From Carcharhinus longimanus (lineage: Eukaryota), in contig JASCQW010000027.1 in the NCBI GenBank assembly GCA_030264375.1, forward strand, positions 54,015,163-54,079,162: a DNA stretch of 64,000 bases, written 5' to 3'. Both the position numbers and the translations under genes were made by a program. Under the pieces are notes generated by a model, which had not been told where the DNA came from, did not search any database, and saw only the letters and a list, made by a program, of their open reading frames with translations. Within the stretch, counting starts at the first letter, position 1; each line of letters starts with the position of its first letter. This document shows, in pieces, positions 1-12,500 of this stretch.

Positions 1-282
1 AAAACAAACAAGTCTTTTGTCTCATTGTATATGACTGAATACATCGGTAAATTAATACAGAAATTGGGAATAGTAATAATAATGCTGGTGAAATTGAATG
101 TTCACGTTATGCTTAAGTCTATCATTTACACTATTGGAAACAAAGCGTTGAGATATTCTATGTCTCATTTAGTAAGAAGAGGGGGCACATAGTGTATTGA
201 AAATTGCGTTGTGAATCTTGTTCATTCAAAGCCATCATACGCAGATTTACCAATAGAATGAGTCTAGCAGGAACAGAAATAA

Positions 283-1420
283 AGGCCGCGATTCTCTCAA
301 AAGCACTGAATTGGCGGGAAAACTGTTCTAGATCCCAACTGTTCTCTCAGTTCAGCTTCTCACCCAAATCTTCCAACTCTGTGCACTGCAGGGGTCCCAG
401 TCGTAAATCTCATTAAAAACGTGGGGGAGTGGGGCCTATTTGCACTGGAGTCTGACAGTTCTGGAACTCTGTCAGTTCATTGGCCAGCCCGGGATCCCCA
501 CAGTGCTGTCCCTCCAGCATCCACCCACCCAACCCACCAGCCCGATTGCAGCCCCCCACAGCAATTTCCAGGCCAGCCNNNNNNNNNNNNNNNNNNNNNN
601 NNNNNNNNNNNNNNNNNNNNNNNNNNNNNNNNNNNNNNNNNNNNNNNNNNNNNNNNNNNNNNNNNNNNNNNNNNNNNNNNNNNNNNNNNNNNNNNNNNNN
701 NNNNNNNNNNNNNNNNNNNNNNNNNNNNNNNNNNNNNNNNNNNNNNNNNNNNNNNNNNNNNNNNNNNNNNNNNNNNNNNNNNNNNNNNNNNNNNNNNNNT
801 CGCTGCCCTCCCTCCATCCCAGACTGATCCTGTCTGCAGAGTGGTAGCAGGAACCCCTACACCCACCGATTGCCCCTAGGCCCCACCCACAATAGGCCCC
901 ACCCTCTTGGCATTGCTCAATGTCTGGTGGGTAGTACTAAAGTGTCCGCTGGGCATAGACGCTTTGCCCCTTGGGCAATGTCAAGGGGTTGGCATTGTCA
1001 GGGTGCTCATGCCTGGTGGCAATATCCTCCCCCACCACCATAACCCATGGGGGGGGGGGCCCGATTGCCCCCCACTTCATTCTGGCGGGGTCTCCCGGTA
1101 GTTCCCCGAATGTGGGGAGCTAGTCTAAACTCCGCCAGAATTAAGTACTCCTGGCAGGATGGGAGGTTCGATTGAGAATATTCTCAATAACTAAATTGAA
1201 AACATATATAAAATACATGTAAAACAGATTCAAATAATTTACCTGCCTTCTCACTGATTTCCAGTGTGGTCTGTTCTCTGACCGTTCTCTGGCCCTGGTA
1301 GATGTGCATGCATTCCCAGCACATGCACAAATCCTGGAACTAGGCCAGTAACCAGCATCTACCACTACAACCCTCCAGAAAAGTTGCAGGTCACGATGGG
1401 AGTATCACAGCCAGAGAATC
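283..1420. mobile_element. Non-autonomous DNA transposon, PIF/Harbinger-like (contains assembly gap)
   Basis: Ends ggccgcGATTCTCT ... AGAGAATC are inverted. The GC-rich interior with GGCANTGCC-like motifs is shared with the element at 32145-33611. Confidence 0.55.
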
Positions 1421-1699
1421 TCTATTTTAACAGCCTTTAGAGTTTCCATTCTGAATATCATTGAATAGCCTAATCTTTCTCCCAAGACATTCACAGTGGC
1501 AGTCATACTTGAATGGCTGGCAGTGGTGCAATCTATGAGATGTGGGTGTGAGCAGTGCGAAGTGTGCGAGGGTGAAGTTTAATTATAAATGTTAGATATG
1601 GCTCATTATTGATAGAGATCTTTAGCAGTTGAGTTATGTGGATGTGGTGCAAGAAGCAATTTGCGAGGCTAATGTCACTATTGGAGCAATAAGACATTG

Positions 1700-1915
1700 G
1701 ATATAATTCATTGACATTGACCACTCGTTTGAAATTCAAGTCTTTAATTCTGGCACTCACGGCAAGGCTGCCTGCTTCCATTGATTTCATGTTTGTCTGG
1801 TGTGCATTCTGGCCTTTAGAGAGATTATATCTATTCCCTTTTCCATTTTCTGCGCTAAGACCTTCAGTGTTGCATCAGGAATCTTGGAACTCACTTTTTG
1901 TCATGTAATGCCATT
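1700..1915 (-). pseudogene. Harbinger Myb/SANT-like DNA-binding protein remnant
   Basis: Minus strand with a frameshift reads MALHDKK*VPRF/DATLKVLAQKMEKGIDII...WKQAA...FKRVVNV. This resembles the RAPRFSDxxLExLV...W...NDLxRVVK pattern of Harbinger Myb/SANT proteins. A probable element end lies near 2210. Confidence 0.5.
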
Positions 1916-2905
1916 CTTCTGTCTTTCCCAGATCAAAGTCAAATTAGAATTCCAGCATCTTCCCCTGTCTCAGTGCATTGCCCCTTTAAGAGGTTCCAGC
2001 TAGCTTTAAGTAGAACAGGCTAACTTTAACTTTACCTTCTGTTCAAGTGTGCGATGACTCAACAGCACACTTAATGCTGGCTGTGCATTATAATCATTTA
2101 AGTTAACAAGCAGCATGAAGTTTGCATACTGCAGACATTGGAAGCAGCAGGCATAATCATGCATTGCAGCCCCTGCGCCTGATTTTGGGCTGTGTCCAAT
2201 TTTACAGCCTTTATTCTGTGAAATATAATTTAAGAGTACATGTCAGCATTGTGTAATACTTCCACTTGACTTTAAGCCCTTCTTCTTCTTCAAGATCCCA
2301 TTGAAATAGATGTAAGGGAATTCCCAGAGTTTCAGGACAATTGTGCAAAAAGCTTTGTGCTCCTTCCAATGTTTGTAGTACATTTTGTCATGGAATGTTG
2401 TTCCATGGTTCTGCCATTTCAGTTTTTATTATTTAGTTCAGTTATAGATTGGCAGCAAATCATTTTCAAGGTAAGATTGTCCTCAACGTGCTTTAAATAT
2501 AGTGGANNNNNNNNNNNNNNNNNNNNNNNNNNNNNNNNCAATAGCAATTCAACAAGACATTTTCCACACTGGACAATCATTGATCTTTTATAAACTCAAC
2601 TCTTGCTGCTGGTTACCATCACCCACCCACCCTTCACCAACCCCACCTGGCCAGTACACGTCAGGAGACCTCACGCAGAAATGTGACTTTAGATCATTGT
2701 TCAGGCGGAGAGTCACTACCAATAATTTTGAAGCTGTGATTTCTGAGTACTTTGCTGAAAATTTAAAGACAGCTTCTGTTAGATAAAGTAATGGATTTCC
2801 TGCTGGGAATTCAATTGTTGCTGTGCTTTGAAGGGTAAGAACATGAAAGAAATATAATTGGAAGCAAGAGGGGTGCAACATCCTCCAAACATTCAATATT
2901 TGAAT

Positions 2906-3700
2906 CAGAGGTATCCCTGCCACAGGATCTATAAACCATGGAAAAGCATCATATTGGCAGTGTCTCAAAATCACTACATTTTCTGCTATTATCATGACAG
3001 TAATGTGCCAACTGTTAGAACCTTACTTGGAACCTCTTTCTTTTAGGAAGTCTTTGTCTATGGCAATGACAATGACAATACTACTGAAGTTTCATGTGTC
3101 TGAATGCATCCATGTGTCTTCTGGTGACATTAGTCACTTCAGTCAATCAACAGTCCATTGCTACATTGGAACGATGACAAACATCCTATTCAGACATTTC
3201 TAAGTTTATTAATCCCACATGAATTCACAAAAGTAAGGAGAGTGAGTCATCAACTTCTTCCAAGTGGTTGGATTCCCACCAGTACAATGTGCCATTGATG
3301 TCAGTAGCCATACAGCTATAAAAATGCCTCAAAAATATCATGAACGTAAAGGGATTTTATTTCCTAAAAGTTCGCATGAATAGTAATGCAAGCCACCACA
3401 TTTTCATGTTCATCCACCTCACTCAAAGAGTGACATGTTTTCTCTGAGTAGGGCAGGTGTCTTCGATTGTCAGATAAGTATCAATGTGAAGGGCTGTTTG
3501 TTCGGAGAGCAGGGTGCCCCCTCAACCAGTGGCACCTTTTTGGAATACAAGGACAAACGCTATTCTGGCATTGCAAGCTGAAAGAATCATGGTGAAATGG
3601 ATCACTGCGAGCCATGATCAAGGGTGGTCTTCAAGCTATCTAAAGTTATAATTATTGCAGCTACTCAGAAGAGATATATGTCTTTGACTGAAATGCTGAG
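2906..3700 (+). pseudogene. PIF/Harbinger (HARBI1-like) DDE transposase relic
   Basis: Broken frames give QRYPCHRIYKP, MCQLLEPYLEP...SSGDISHFSQSTVHCYI, FFQVVGFPPVQCAID, a frameshifted NRKGF-like motif and GCLFGEQG (GWLLGDxGY), in the canonical Harbinger order. Confidence 0.75.
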
Positions 3701-3859
3701 GTCAGACCGAGCTCCCGAACAGAAAGTCACCCAGGGTGTCTCTCATTTCATGTGATTTCTCTTGTACCGTGAGCCACTATAAGCTTTCCATTGCGTACAC
3801 ATCCACATGAAATCTATGCTCCTGAATCATGGTCATTTTAAAGAACTACTCACAAGATC

Positions 3860-4500
3860 CAATTCCTTAATCTCTTCAGGTAAGGGCAACAGGTGATGCC
3901 TCACTTCTTTTGCATGGGAGCCTTTTATTTCATTTATCTTAATCAGCTTGGTGAGGCTGTGTGCAATGTGGTAAATATTGGCCACCATAAGCCATATGAC
4001 CATAAGCTCATAAGACAGAGGAGTAGAATTAGACCACTCAGCCCATCGAATCTGCTTGCCATTCAATCATGGCTGATACTTTTCTTATTCCCATTCTCCT
4101 GCCTTTCCCTCATTACCCCCAATCCCCTTATTAATAAAGAACCTTTCCATCTCTGTCTTAAAGACACGCAATGATCTGGCCTCCACAGCCTTCTGTGGCA
4201 AAGAGNNNNNNNNNNNNNNNNNNNNNNNNNNNNNNNNNNNNNNNNNNNNNNNNNNNNNNNNNNNNNNNNNNNNNNNNNNNNNNNNNNNNNNNNNNNNNNN
4301 NNNNNACCCTCTGGCTGAAGAAATTCCTCCTGATCTCTGCTCCACCACCTTTCACATTCAGTCAAATTGGTTTTCTGAAACATAACTCCCTGGATGCTAT
4401 AGAATTTTTATCTTCAGGCTCATACTTTTGTGAGCATCATTACCACCGCTTCCTTTGAGAACCTTGGTCAGACGATACTCCTGTTCCTACCATCATTTTT
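3860..4500 (-). pseudogene. Harbinger Myb/SANT partner gene relic, interrupted by a CR1 insertion
   Basis: Minus strand reads PRFSKEAVVMMLTKV*A*R*KFYSIQG...ECERWW, then the CR1 insert, then VANIYHIAHSLTKLIKINEIK. It is convergent with the transposase at 2906-3700. Confidence 0.45.
3986..4335 (-). mobile_element. CR1 LINE 3' end
   Basis: Minus strand encodes IRRNFFSQR...SLPQKAVEARSLRVFKTEMERFF (CR1 ORF2 C-terminus), then a 3' UTR and a short repeated tail (cataag/catatg units on +). Confidence 0.85.
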
Positions 4501-4706
4501 CCATGGTTAATTATAGCTGAAACTCTCTTTCTCGCACAGCAAGAACAGACAGGACACAAAGTTTCCAACAGTCTTTGACAGTGCTAGAGATATAACTGCA
4601 CCTGCATCTCTCATATTAATACACTAATTTCACAAGATGTTGGATGTGAATTCTTTCAGACTATATTTAAAAAGGAACAGAACAGGAAGAATGTTTGCAA
4701 GAGAGG

Positions 4707-5030
4707 GAGGCGATGACCTAGTGGTATTACCGCTGAACTATTAATCCAATTCAGCTAAGGTTCTGGGGACCCAGGTACAAATCCCACCATGGCAGACGGT
4801 GAAATTTGAATTCAATAAAAATATCTGGAAATAAGAGTCTGAAAAACTCATCTGTTTCACTAATCTCCTTTAGCAAAGGAAATCAACCACCCTTATTTGG
4901 TCTGGATTACATGTGACTCCAGAGCCACAGCAATATGGTTGATTATTAACTGTCCTCAGACAACTAGGAATGGGCAAAAAATGTTGGCCAGCCAGTGATG
5001 CCCATGTCCCACGAATGAATAATAAAAAAA
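4707..5030 (+). mobile_element. tRNA-derived SINE with LINE-derived tail (shark family)
   Basis: Head ggcgatgacctagtggtatta (A-box-like) and ggtacaaatccc (B-box-like). Tail gggcaaaaaatgttggccagccagtgatgcccatgtcccacgaatgaataa+A is shared with LINE ends at 22435-22750 and 28785-28885. Confidence 0.75.
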
Positions 5031-5918
5031 GCAGGAAGCAAAATAGAAGAAAATACAATATTACAAGACCCTGAGAATATGTACCAAGTTGATTAAAGGG
5101 AGGAATGGGAGGGGTTGCAAAGCTGGAAGAATTGAATGTTCAACTGTCATTTTCCATCCAAATTTGGATTTGAAAAGTAATTTTTTTTTACTAACATTCC
5201 ACTTTGTATACCTTGAGATCTCTTAACAGCTGAAGTGCAGCAGTCAACACTTATTGCACTGTCGCAGTAAAGTTTTCACATAACTGAGGTTGTAGTTGCA
5301 CAATGAGAGTTGTAAAGATTGAGATCACAAGGGTATTGGTGTCGAACAGAGCAGTACATGAAATAATGCTGCATTTTCACTTCTAAAAACAATTTGAAAC
5401 CGAAGTTGCTAACGGCTGAATGTATTTCAAATGGGCAGCAGCTTTTCCCTGAATGTTTTCTTTATGATTAAGTAGTAATAATAAAACCGCTTCCCCTCAT
5501 GATTCATCACATTAATTGATTGATTGGTGCACAGCAGCACCAGCACAGGGAAAAAATGCACCATGTGTCCAAACCAGGCAAAAAAATAGTAGAATGCAGA
5601 ATAGAATCTGTAGGTTACTGAAGCAGCTTAACTGCTGGAAGCTGCAGAAATGTTTAGTACCAGCCAAAAATCACTCCAGAGAAAACCATGGCAAAATGAA
5701 GTTAGGCAGTGGCAGGAAACCAGCACCCACCATACTTCCAACAGGAACAACGTACCAACAAAAATTTTAATTCCTGTATTTATTGAAGGAGTTGCTCATT
5801 GATTGACGCAACAAAACACTTAAGGCCAAGGATGTTGGGGGGGGAGGGGGGGAGTATAAATCCAATCTATGCTTTCAAGGGATGTGTGACCTATTACAAA
5901 AGGGCCTCCTAATACAGT

Positions 5919-6500
5919 GGGCTGGATTTTANNNNNNNNNNGGGGCGGGTGTCACAAAATAATGTGGTTGTCCATCCCACAATCTTCCTGCTTTGACCCA
6001 TAGCATGGTAGCTGGATGGTGTCAAAATGGGCAACCCTTCCCCCCATCATACTTAAATAAATAATTGTTAACAAACCAATTGATCCTGATTATATGCTGC
6101 CCGTGCCATCATATGGTTGGCATGGAATTCAATCAGGAGTGGGGAAGCCATACTTAAAAGGGTGAGAAGGAAGGAGGTGTATTGTCTTTGGAGGGCGTGG
6201 ATGCCCTTTGTCCAGGTCCTATCTTAGGCAGCCCTAAGATATGACCTCCTCTTTCTACATACCCACCTACTCTCTAAACCAACTAGCCCCACCCTCTTTC
6301 CTAAGCTGCCCAAACCCTCCCTGCCCAAAACTCTAGACTTGTCTTACTCCAGGAGCCATTGGGATCCATTCTTTTGGTTGCAATCCTAGCAGCACTAACT
6401 AAAACACTTTTGGTACTGCTGGGACTGTTAGAACTCCCAGCTAATCCAATTTCCATCCACCTCTGAGTTCGGGGGTTGCTGGGAAGATGGTGGGTGGGCA
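5919..6500. mobile_element. Degenerate non-autonomous DNA transposon (Harbinger-like)
   Basis: Starts gggctggattttA like other terminal motifs in the window. The interior resembles 11800-12500 and 36858-37200. Confidence 0.35.
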
Positions 6501-7209
6501 CTGATAGGCTTTGAAACTACAGAGAATTTCATAGAATGCAGAAGAGCTAATAGGCTCTTCAGCCCAACTAATCCATGTCTTGTGTTCATGAGATGATTAG
6601 TTCAAGCCTTTGGATTATATACCTGGGAACATACCCTCAACAATACATGCTATTACTGCAATGTTTGCATGATTTTCAATAAAAATTGGTTTAAAAAACC
6701 TTGGTACTTTCTATAAGCAAAATATATTGTTGCATATCATTAATATGTCACCAACATGATTTTCACATGTAGTATACATTATTTTACATTGGAAAGTAGT
6801 TCCAAATCTTAACACACATTAAATGTGAACCTCTTTACAGATGGGCAACATGTGTTATATACATGATTATACATAATTATACATTATACATAAAACAATT
6901 ACGTAGCATGGTGTGAATCTTCAAAGGAGAAAAAGAAAGTGTATATGGGGAAGGATAGATAAGGCAGTAGCATGGTGTGTATAGAGTGGGTGATTAGATG
7001 TAGGTAAAGTTGCCCAGGCGTTAAACAAGGTTTTAACCTGTCTAACATTCCAGGTAACTAAGTCAGAAACATTCAAAGTCTCCAACTCTAGCTCAGAGAC
7101 TTTTGTAGAAGATCATATGGAGGAGGAGAATTGCCCATCAGAAGTTCAAACTTCCTGGGAAATTCCCAGTGTCAGAGCATTAGGACTTATCAGAAGGCAT
7201 GAAATAAGG

Positions 7210-7415
7210 TATCGTATCAAAGGTTATTTTGAAAATAAAAACTCATGGTGTAGTGGATAACATATTGTCATAGATAGAAGATTGACAGGCCAATAGAAAA
7301 TTGAGGGTAGCCATTAATAATTCTTTCCTGGTTGGCAGATTGTGATACGTGTGCCACAGGGATTAGTGCTGGTACCTCAACTTTTTGCAATTCATATAAA
7401 TGACTTGGATGAAGG
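7210..7415 (+). mobile_element. CR1 LINE reverse-transcriptase fragment
   Basis: gtgccacagggattagtgctggtacctcaactttttgcaattcatataaatgacttggatgaagg encodes VPQG(L)VL(V)PQLFAIHINDLDEG. Confidence 0.8.
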
Positions 7416-7456
7416 GTTTTTTTAATGTTGGGCAGTCATTGTGCTAAGGCACTTGT

Positions 7457-8800
7457 CATAGAATCATACAGCACAGAAATAGGCCCTTTGATCTACCATG
7501 TTTATGCTGACCATTAAATACCAATCTATACTAATCCCATTTACCATCACTTGGTCTATAGTCTAATGTGCCTTACATAGAACATAGAACATAGAACATT
7601 ACAGCGCAGAACAGGCCCTTCGGCCCACGATGTTGCGCCGACCAGTTNNNNNNNNNNNNNNNNNNNNNNNNNNNNNNNNNNNCCGATGAATTTTTTTCTC
7701 TCTGATCCTCTCTAAACCACTTGCTATGTACCTCAAATCTATGCCCTCTGGTCTTAGACACCTCTGCACGGGAAAATATTCTTACGATGTACCTAATCTA
7801 TGCCTCTCATAATTGTGTATACCTCTATCAGATTCCCCACTCAGTCTTCTCTGCTCTAGGGAAAACAAACCCAATCTATCCAGCCTTCTTATAGCGGAAA
7901 CATTCCATTCCAGGCAACATCTTGATTATTCTCCTCCTCTGCACTCTCTCCAGTGCAGTTATGTTCTTCCAATAGTGTGGCGACCAGAGGTGCACACAAT
8001 CTGTGGCCTAACCAATGTTTTATAAAGTTATAGCATGACCTCCCTGCTCTTATATTTCACGTCCTGTCTAATGAAGGCAAGAATTTTGTATGCTGCCTTC
8101 ACCACCCTATCTACCTGTGCTCCCAACTTCAGGGATCTATGATTTTGTATACCAAGGTTCTTTTGTTCCTTAGTACCTCCTAGGGACCTTCCATTCATTG
8201 TGTACATCCTACCCTTATCGGTCCTCATAGAATGCATCACTTCACACTTATCAGGATTAAATTCCATTTGCTATTGCTCTATCCATCTTACCTGCTGATC
8301 AGTATCAGTCTACAGCCCAAAACTATCCTCTTCACTATCAAAAATGCCACCAATTTTCATGTAATCTGCAAAGTTACTAATTATACCCACAATATTCACA
8401 GCCTAGTCAATAATATACATAGCAAACAGCAAGGTTCCCATCACTGATTTCTGTGGTACATCACTGGTCACAGGTTTCCAATCCTAAAGTCAAACTTCCA
8501 ACATCACCCTTTGCCTCCTATTAACAAGCCAATTTTGGATCCAATTTGCCAACATGCCTCGGATCCGGTGGGCTGTAACTTTTTGGACCAGTCTTCAATG
8601 TCAGACCTTATCAAAGGCTGTACTGAAGTCCACACAAAAAATTTCCACTGCACTACCCTCATCAATATACTTACTTTCTCAAAAAACTCAATTAAATTAG
8701 TTAGACAGGATCTCCCACAAACAAATCCATGCTGACTACCTCTGATCAATCCCTGCCTTTCCAAGTGTTGATTAATCCTGTCCCTCAAAACTTTTACCAG
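7457..8800 (-). mobile_element. CR1 LINE (RT to 3' end) with a nested younger CR1 3' end at ~7575-7683
   Basis: ORFs read LRDRINQHLERQGLIRGSQHGFVCGRSCLTNLIEFFE, MEFNPDKCEVMH, DVKYKSREVML and SKTRGHRFEV. The nested copy has a (CATAGAA)n tail. Confidence 0.9.
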
Positions 8801-8805
8801 TAAAT

Positions 8806-8880
8806 TGGTTAGCATTGCTGCCTCACAGTACCAGGAACCTGGCTTCGATTCCTGCCTTGGGCGACTGTGTGGAGTTTGCT
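8806..8880 (+). mobile_element. HE1/V-SINE 5' fragment
   Basis: tggttagcattgctgcctcacagtaccaggaacctggcttcgattcc...gactgtgtggagtttgc matches the SINE head at 60677. Confidence 0.8.
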
Positions 8881-9049
8881 TTGTGATGTCTAATTGAAGT
8901 TTGTTGAAATAAGAAAAAAATTCTTTGATACAATACCCACTGCAGTTTTAAATTGGTTCTTTTAACTGCTCCCTGAAGGCTTGGATTCACTTCTGATATT
9001 GGAGAAGAAATGTAATCAGTGAATGGTGAAATAAATCCTTTGGTCATTT

Positions 9050-9310
9050 GTGATCTATTGAAAGATTGTTGTTTTCTCAGTGGGATATCATATAAAGAAG
9101 GCCATAATGTGCAGTGGGTGACATCACTTACTACAACAAAAAAAAATCAGGAAATATTTAAAACAGTGATCAATAGAAACCAGGAGAAATATATCACACT
9201 TAAAAGCAAGAACAAACAAGCCAGTAATGAAACATCATGGATGAATAAAGAAATAAAAGAACATTACAAAACTAAAGTAAAAGGCACTGACCAGGTAAAA
9301 GGATAGGATG
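9050..9310 (+). mobile_element. CR1 ORF2 linker fragment
   Basis: FKTVINRNQEKYITLKSKN...TSWMNKEIKE resembles the CR1 endonuclease-RT linker (PWxxxEIK). Confidence 0.55.
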
Positions 9311-9319
9311 TAAGAAATC

Positions 9320-9600
9320 AGCCAGGACCCTTTGGGATGTTAAGTCCGGAGACAAAAGAGGCATAAATGAAGATTTCAGCAGCAGATGAAGTGAGTATTT
9401 TAATGTACAGAGGTGAAAATAGACAGTCTTAGTGATGGTGGAATGTGTATACAGAAGCTCATCTCAAGATAAAATATGACATCATGATTGTGAACTTTCA
9501 TCTGTTGCTAGGGAAAGGAATGGAACTGATTTGATTTGATAAGGTAAATCAGGGACAAAGTTTGGAATGGGAACCAAAAAAAAACAGCTTTAGTCTTAAT
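9320..9600 (-). mobile_element. L2-clade LINE RT fragment
   Basis: Minus strand gives degenerate VRNLGVIFDxEMSF, ITKTxYFHL and SSAAExLIxAFxxSRL motifs typical of L2. Confidence 0.65.
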
Positions 9601-9626
9601 CTTATTGGGGGAAATGTTATCATCGA

Positions 9627-10060
9627 TTAAAAATCACAAGTAGCAGAAGACCCAGCACTGATCCCTGTGGTACACCGCTGGTAAGTTATGTTTTCTGCAA
9701 GCCTACTCTCATATTCTATTTTCCCCTTCCAAATCAAACCCTTTGTCCTCCTCTGCTGGAATTTAAATTTCTCCCAGTCCTCAGGTTTGCTGCTTTTACT
9801 GACCAATTTATCTGCCTCCTCTTTGGCTTTAACATTATCCCTGATTTCCCTTGTTAGCCATGGATAAGCCACCTTTCCCATTTTACTCTTACATCAGATA
9901 GGGATGTAGAGTTGTTGAAGTTCGCCCATGTGTTCTTAAATGTCTGCCATTTCCTAACCACTGTCAACCCTACAAGTATCCTATGCCAGCTTTTCCAAGC
10001 CAATGCACATCTCATGCCATCAAAGTTAGTTTTTCTCAAGTTCAGGAGCCAAGTGTCAGA
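9627..10060 (-). mobile_element. CR1 ORF2 fragment with internal deletion
   Basis: PWLTREIRDNVKAKEEA...SSKPEDWEKFKFQQRRTKGLI..GKIEYESRLAENI is joined directly to SGVPQGSVLG. Confidence 0.8.
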
Positions 10061-10104
10061 TAGTGAATGCCACACAGATACTTAAGGAATGATATAAAAC
10101 ATGT

Positions 10105-10708
10105 TGAAGGAACTATAGCTAGACAGTTTAACATAAGTAGGATGTTAAAAATGATGGAATGTCTACTAAAGGAGAAACAGGAAATAAAGTTAGAAGCTTG
10201 AAATATAGGCTGGAATTATCCAGCCCTATCCCCTACCCCATTATAGGTCTTCCTGTGTGGAGGATTTTCTGGTCCTGCCGAAGTCAATGGCATTTGCATA
10301 GTTCGCCTGTCCTGTTGCCAGGAAATCCATGGCAGGAGCTGACTTGTCAGGACCTGAAGATTCCACTGGTTGGAAGGGCTGGACTGGACTGGACTATCAC
10401 ACCCATGGTAATGAACAGTCAACTTGAATTGCAAAAGGGAAAAGCTTGCTTGGTGAATCTCACTGAATTCTTCAAAAAGGTAACGGATAGAGTTGACAAG
10501 AGTAAAGGATGGAAGTAATATATCTCGATTTTCAAAAAAGATCTTTAATAAGGTATAATATAACAAACAAAGCATGCAGAGATGGGGCAAATCGCTAAAT
10601 GGATAGCTAGGTGAAAGACAGAAAACAGAGCCTGGGTAAGGATAACATTTCAAAGCAGCATGAGGCAGGGAGTGAGGTCTCACAAGGATCAGTGCTGAGG
10701 TCACTATT
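10105..10708 (+). mobile_element. CR1 RT fragment interrupted by a ~200-bp MITE (10207-10403)
   Basis: A GNY..SLT motif precedes the insert. NSQLELQKGKACLVNLTEFFKKVTDRVD and VSQGSVL follow it. The insert begins ggctggaattatcc. Confidence 0.7.
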
Positions 10709-10814
10709 TTTTTTTCAAATTCATATTAGGCTTTGGAATTAAAAAATACATTGGACTGGATTTATTTCTCTCCATCGGAGTGGGAAATTTGGTAACCAGC
10801 CCAACTTCATCATG

Positions 10815-11795
10815 GGAGAGACTTAACCTCTGCAACTGGTTCCTAGACTTCCTAACCCTTAGTAAGGAAAGGCAACAACAGCTCCTCCACAATCATCCTC
10901 AATACCATTGCCCCACAAGGCTGTGTCCTCAGCCCCTTGCTATACTCCTTAAACACCTACAACTGTGTGGCCAATTTTCCCTCCAACTTGATTTTCAAAT
11001 TTGCTGATGACACCACCATAGTGGGTCGGATCTCAAACAATGATGAGATGGAGCACAGGAATGAGATAGAGAATCTAGTGAAATCTCCCTCAATATAACA
11101 AAACATAGAAGATAGTTATTGACTTCAGGGCGCGTACTGGAGGACATACCCCTGCCTACATCAATGGGGATGAAGTGGAAACGGTTGAAAGCTTCAAGTT
11201 TCTAGGTGTCCAGATCATCAGCAACCTGTCCTGGTCCCTCATGTCAACATTATAGTTAAGAAAGCCTATCAATACCTCTATTTTCTTAGGAGGTTCAGGA
11301 AATTTGGCATGTCTGCTACAACTCTCATCAACTTTTACAGATGCACTATAAAAAACATTCTTTCTGATTGTATCACAAGTTGGTAAGGCTCCTACTCTGT
11401 CCAAAATCACAATAGACTACAAACGGTAATGAACGAAATCCAGTCTATCACATAAACCAGTCTCTCATCCATTGACTCTATTTATACTTTCCACTGTCTT
11501 GGAAAAGCGACCAGCATAATCAAAGATCCCTCGCACCCCGGACATGCTCTCTTCCACCTTTTGCCATCAGGAAAAGATACAAAGATCTGAGGACAAGTGC
11601 TAACTGACTCAGGAACAGTTTCTTCCCTGCTGCCATCAGAATTTTGAATGGACCTACCTCATATGAAATTGATCTTTCTCTACAACTTAGCTATGACTGT
11701 AATATTACATTCTGCACTCTCTCCTTTCCATCTCTATGAATACTTTTCATTGTATACTGATACATGTGACAATAATAAAATCAAATCAAAATCAA
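10815..11795 (+). mobile_element. Rex1/Babar-type LINE 3' portion
   Basis: Encodes LCNWFLDFLT, PQGCVLSPLLYS, KFADDTTIVGRISNNDE and VESFKFLGV. It ends tgtgacaataataaaatcaaatcaaaatc. Confidence 0.85.
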
Positions 11796-11799
11796 TCTG

Positions 11800-12500
11800 G
11801 TGGAAGCAGCAAAAAGCCCTCAATTAAGCTGATTGTTAAAGGGTAGAATGGGCTGACATGGAATTCCCAGTCAGAGATGGGAGGTTATCAATTCAGCTCA
11901 TTAATGATCAAATTGACACCCATTATCCCTGATCCCATCAGAATTTACTGATTCAGGGATTTAGTGGGGGCTGCACAGATTTCTCATGCCTCAAAAGACA
12001 GCCTAGCAAGACTAATTAGAATTGCCAGCGGCCAGGGTTTTCCTCATTATCAGACACTGTGCGACAGTGAACCTGCAATCGTAAGAATGAGGGGCACTAA
12101 AACCCATGCCCTTGCTTCCAGGACCCTTGCAATCCTCACCTCTTGATCTCTATCCCATCCTGACTCACCTTTGGCCTGAGGTGTCTCAGAAACCAGATCC
12201 TTAGTGGTTGTATTGCCATTGGCTGTCATTGCTCTTGGTGACATTGATGGCAAAGAGGAACTGCCAGCCTCTGATTGGTCAGCAGCTCACAGCAGTTAGG
12301 ACTTTTGCAATTAAAGTCTTGAATTCCCGATGGCGGTCATTTAAATGCCTGAAGTGCTTGTTCTCTGACTGGTATCCAGTGGCGGTCATTTCTGCCTTCC
12401 CCACCCCAAGTTACATAATACTTCATCCCCAATGACATCATGGCCCTCCCTACCCTGCCAACCTTCACCCCCACACAACGCAAAGGTATAAGCCACAAAA
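11800..12500. mobile_element. Degenerate non-autonomous DNA transposon (Harbinger-like)
   Basis: Contains ctgccagcctctgattggtcagcagctc-type motifs also seen at 37035-37065. It is GC-richer than its flanks. Confidence 0.35.
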
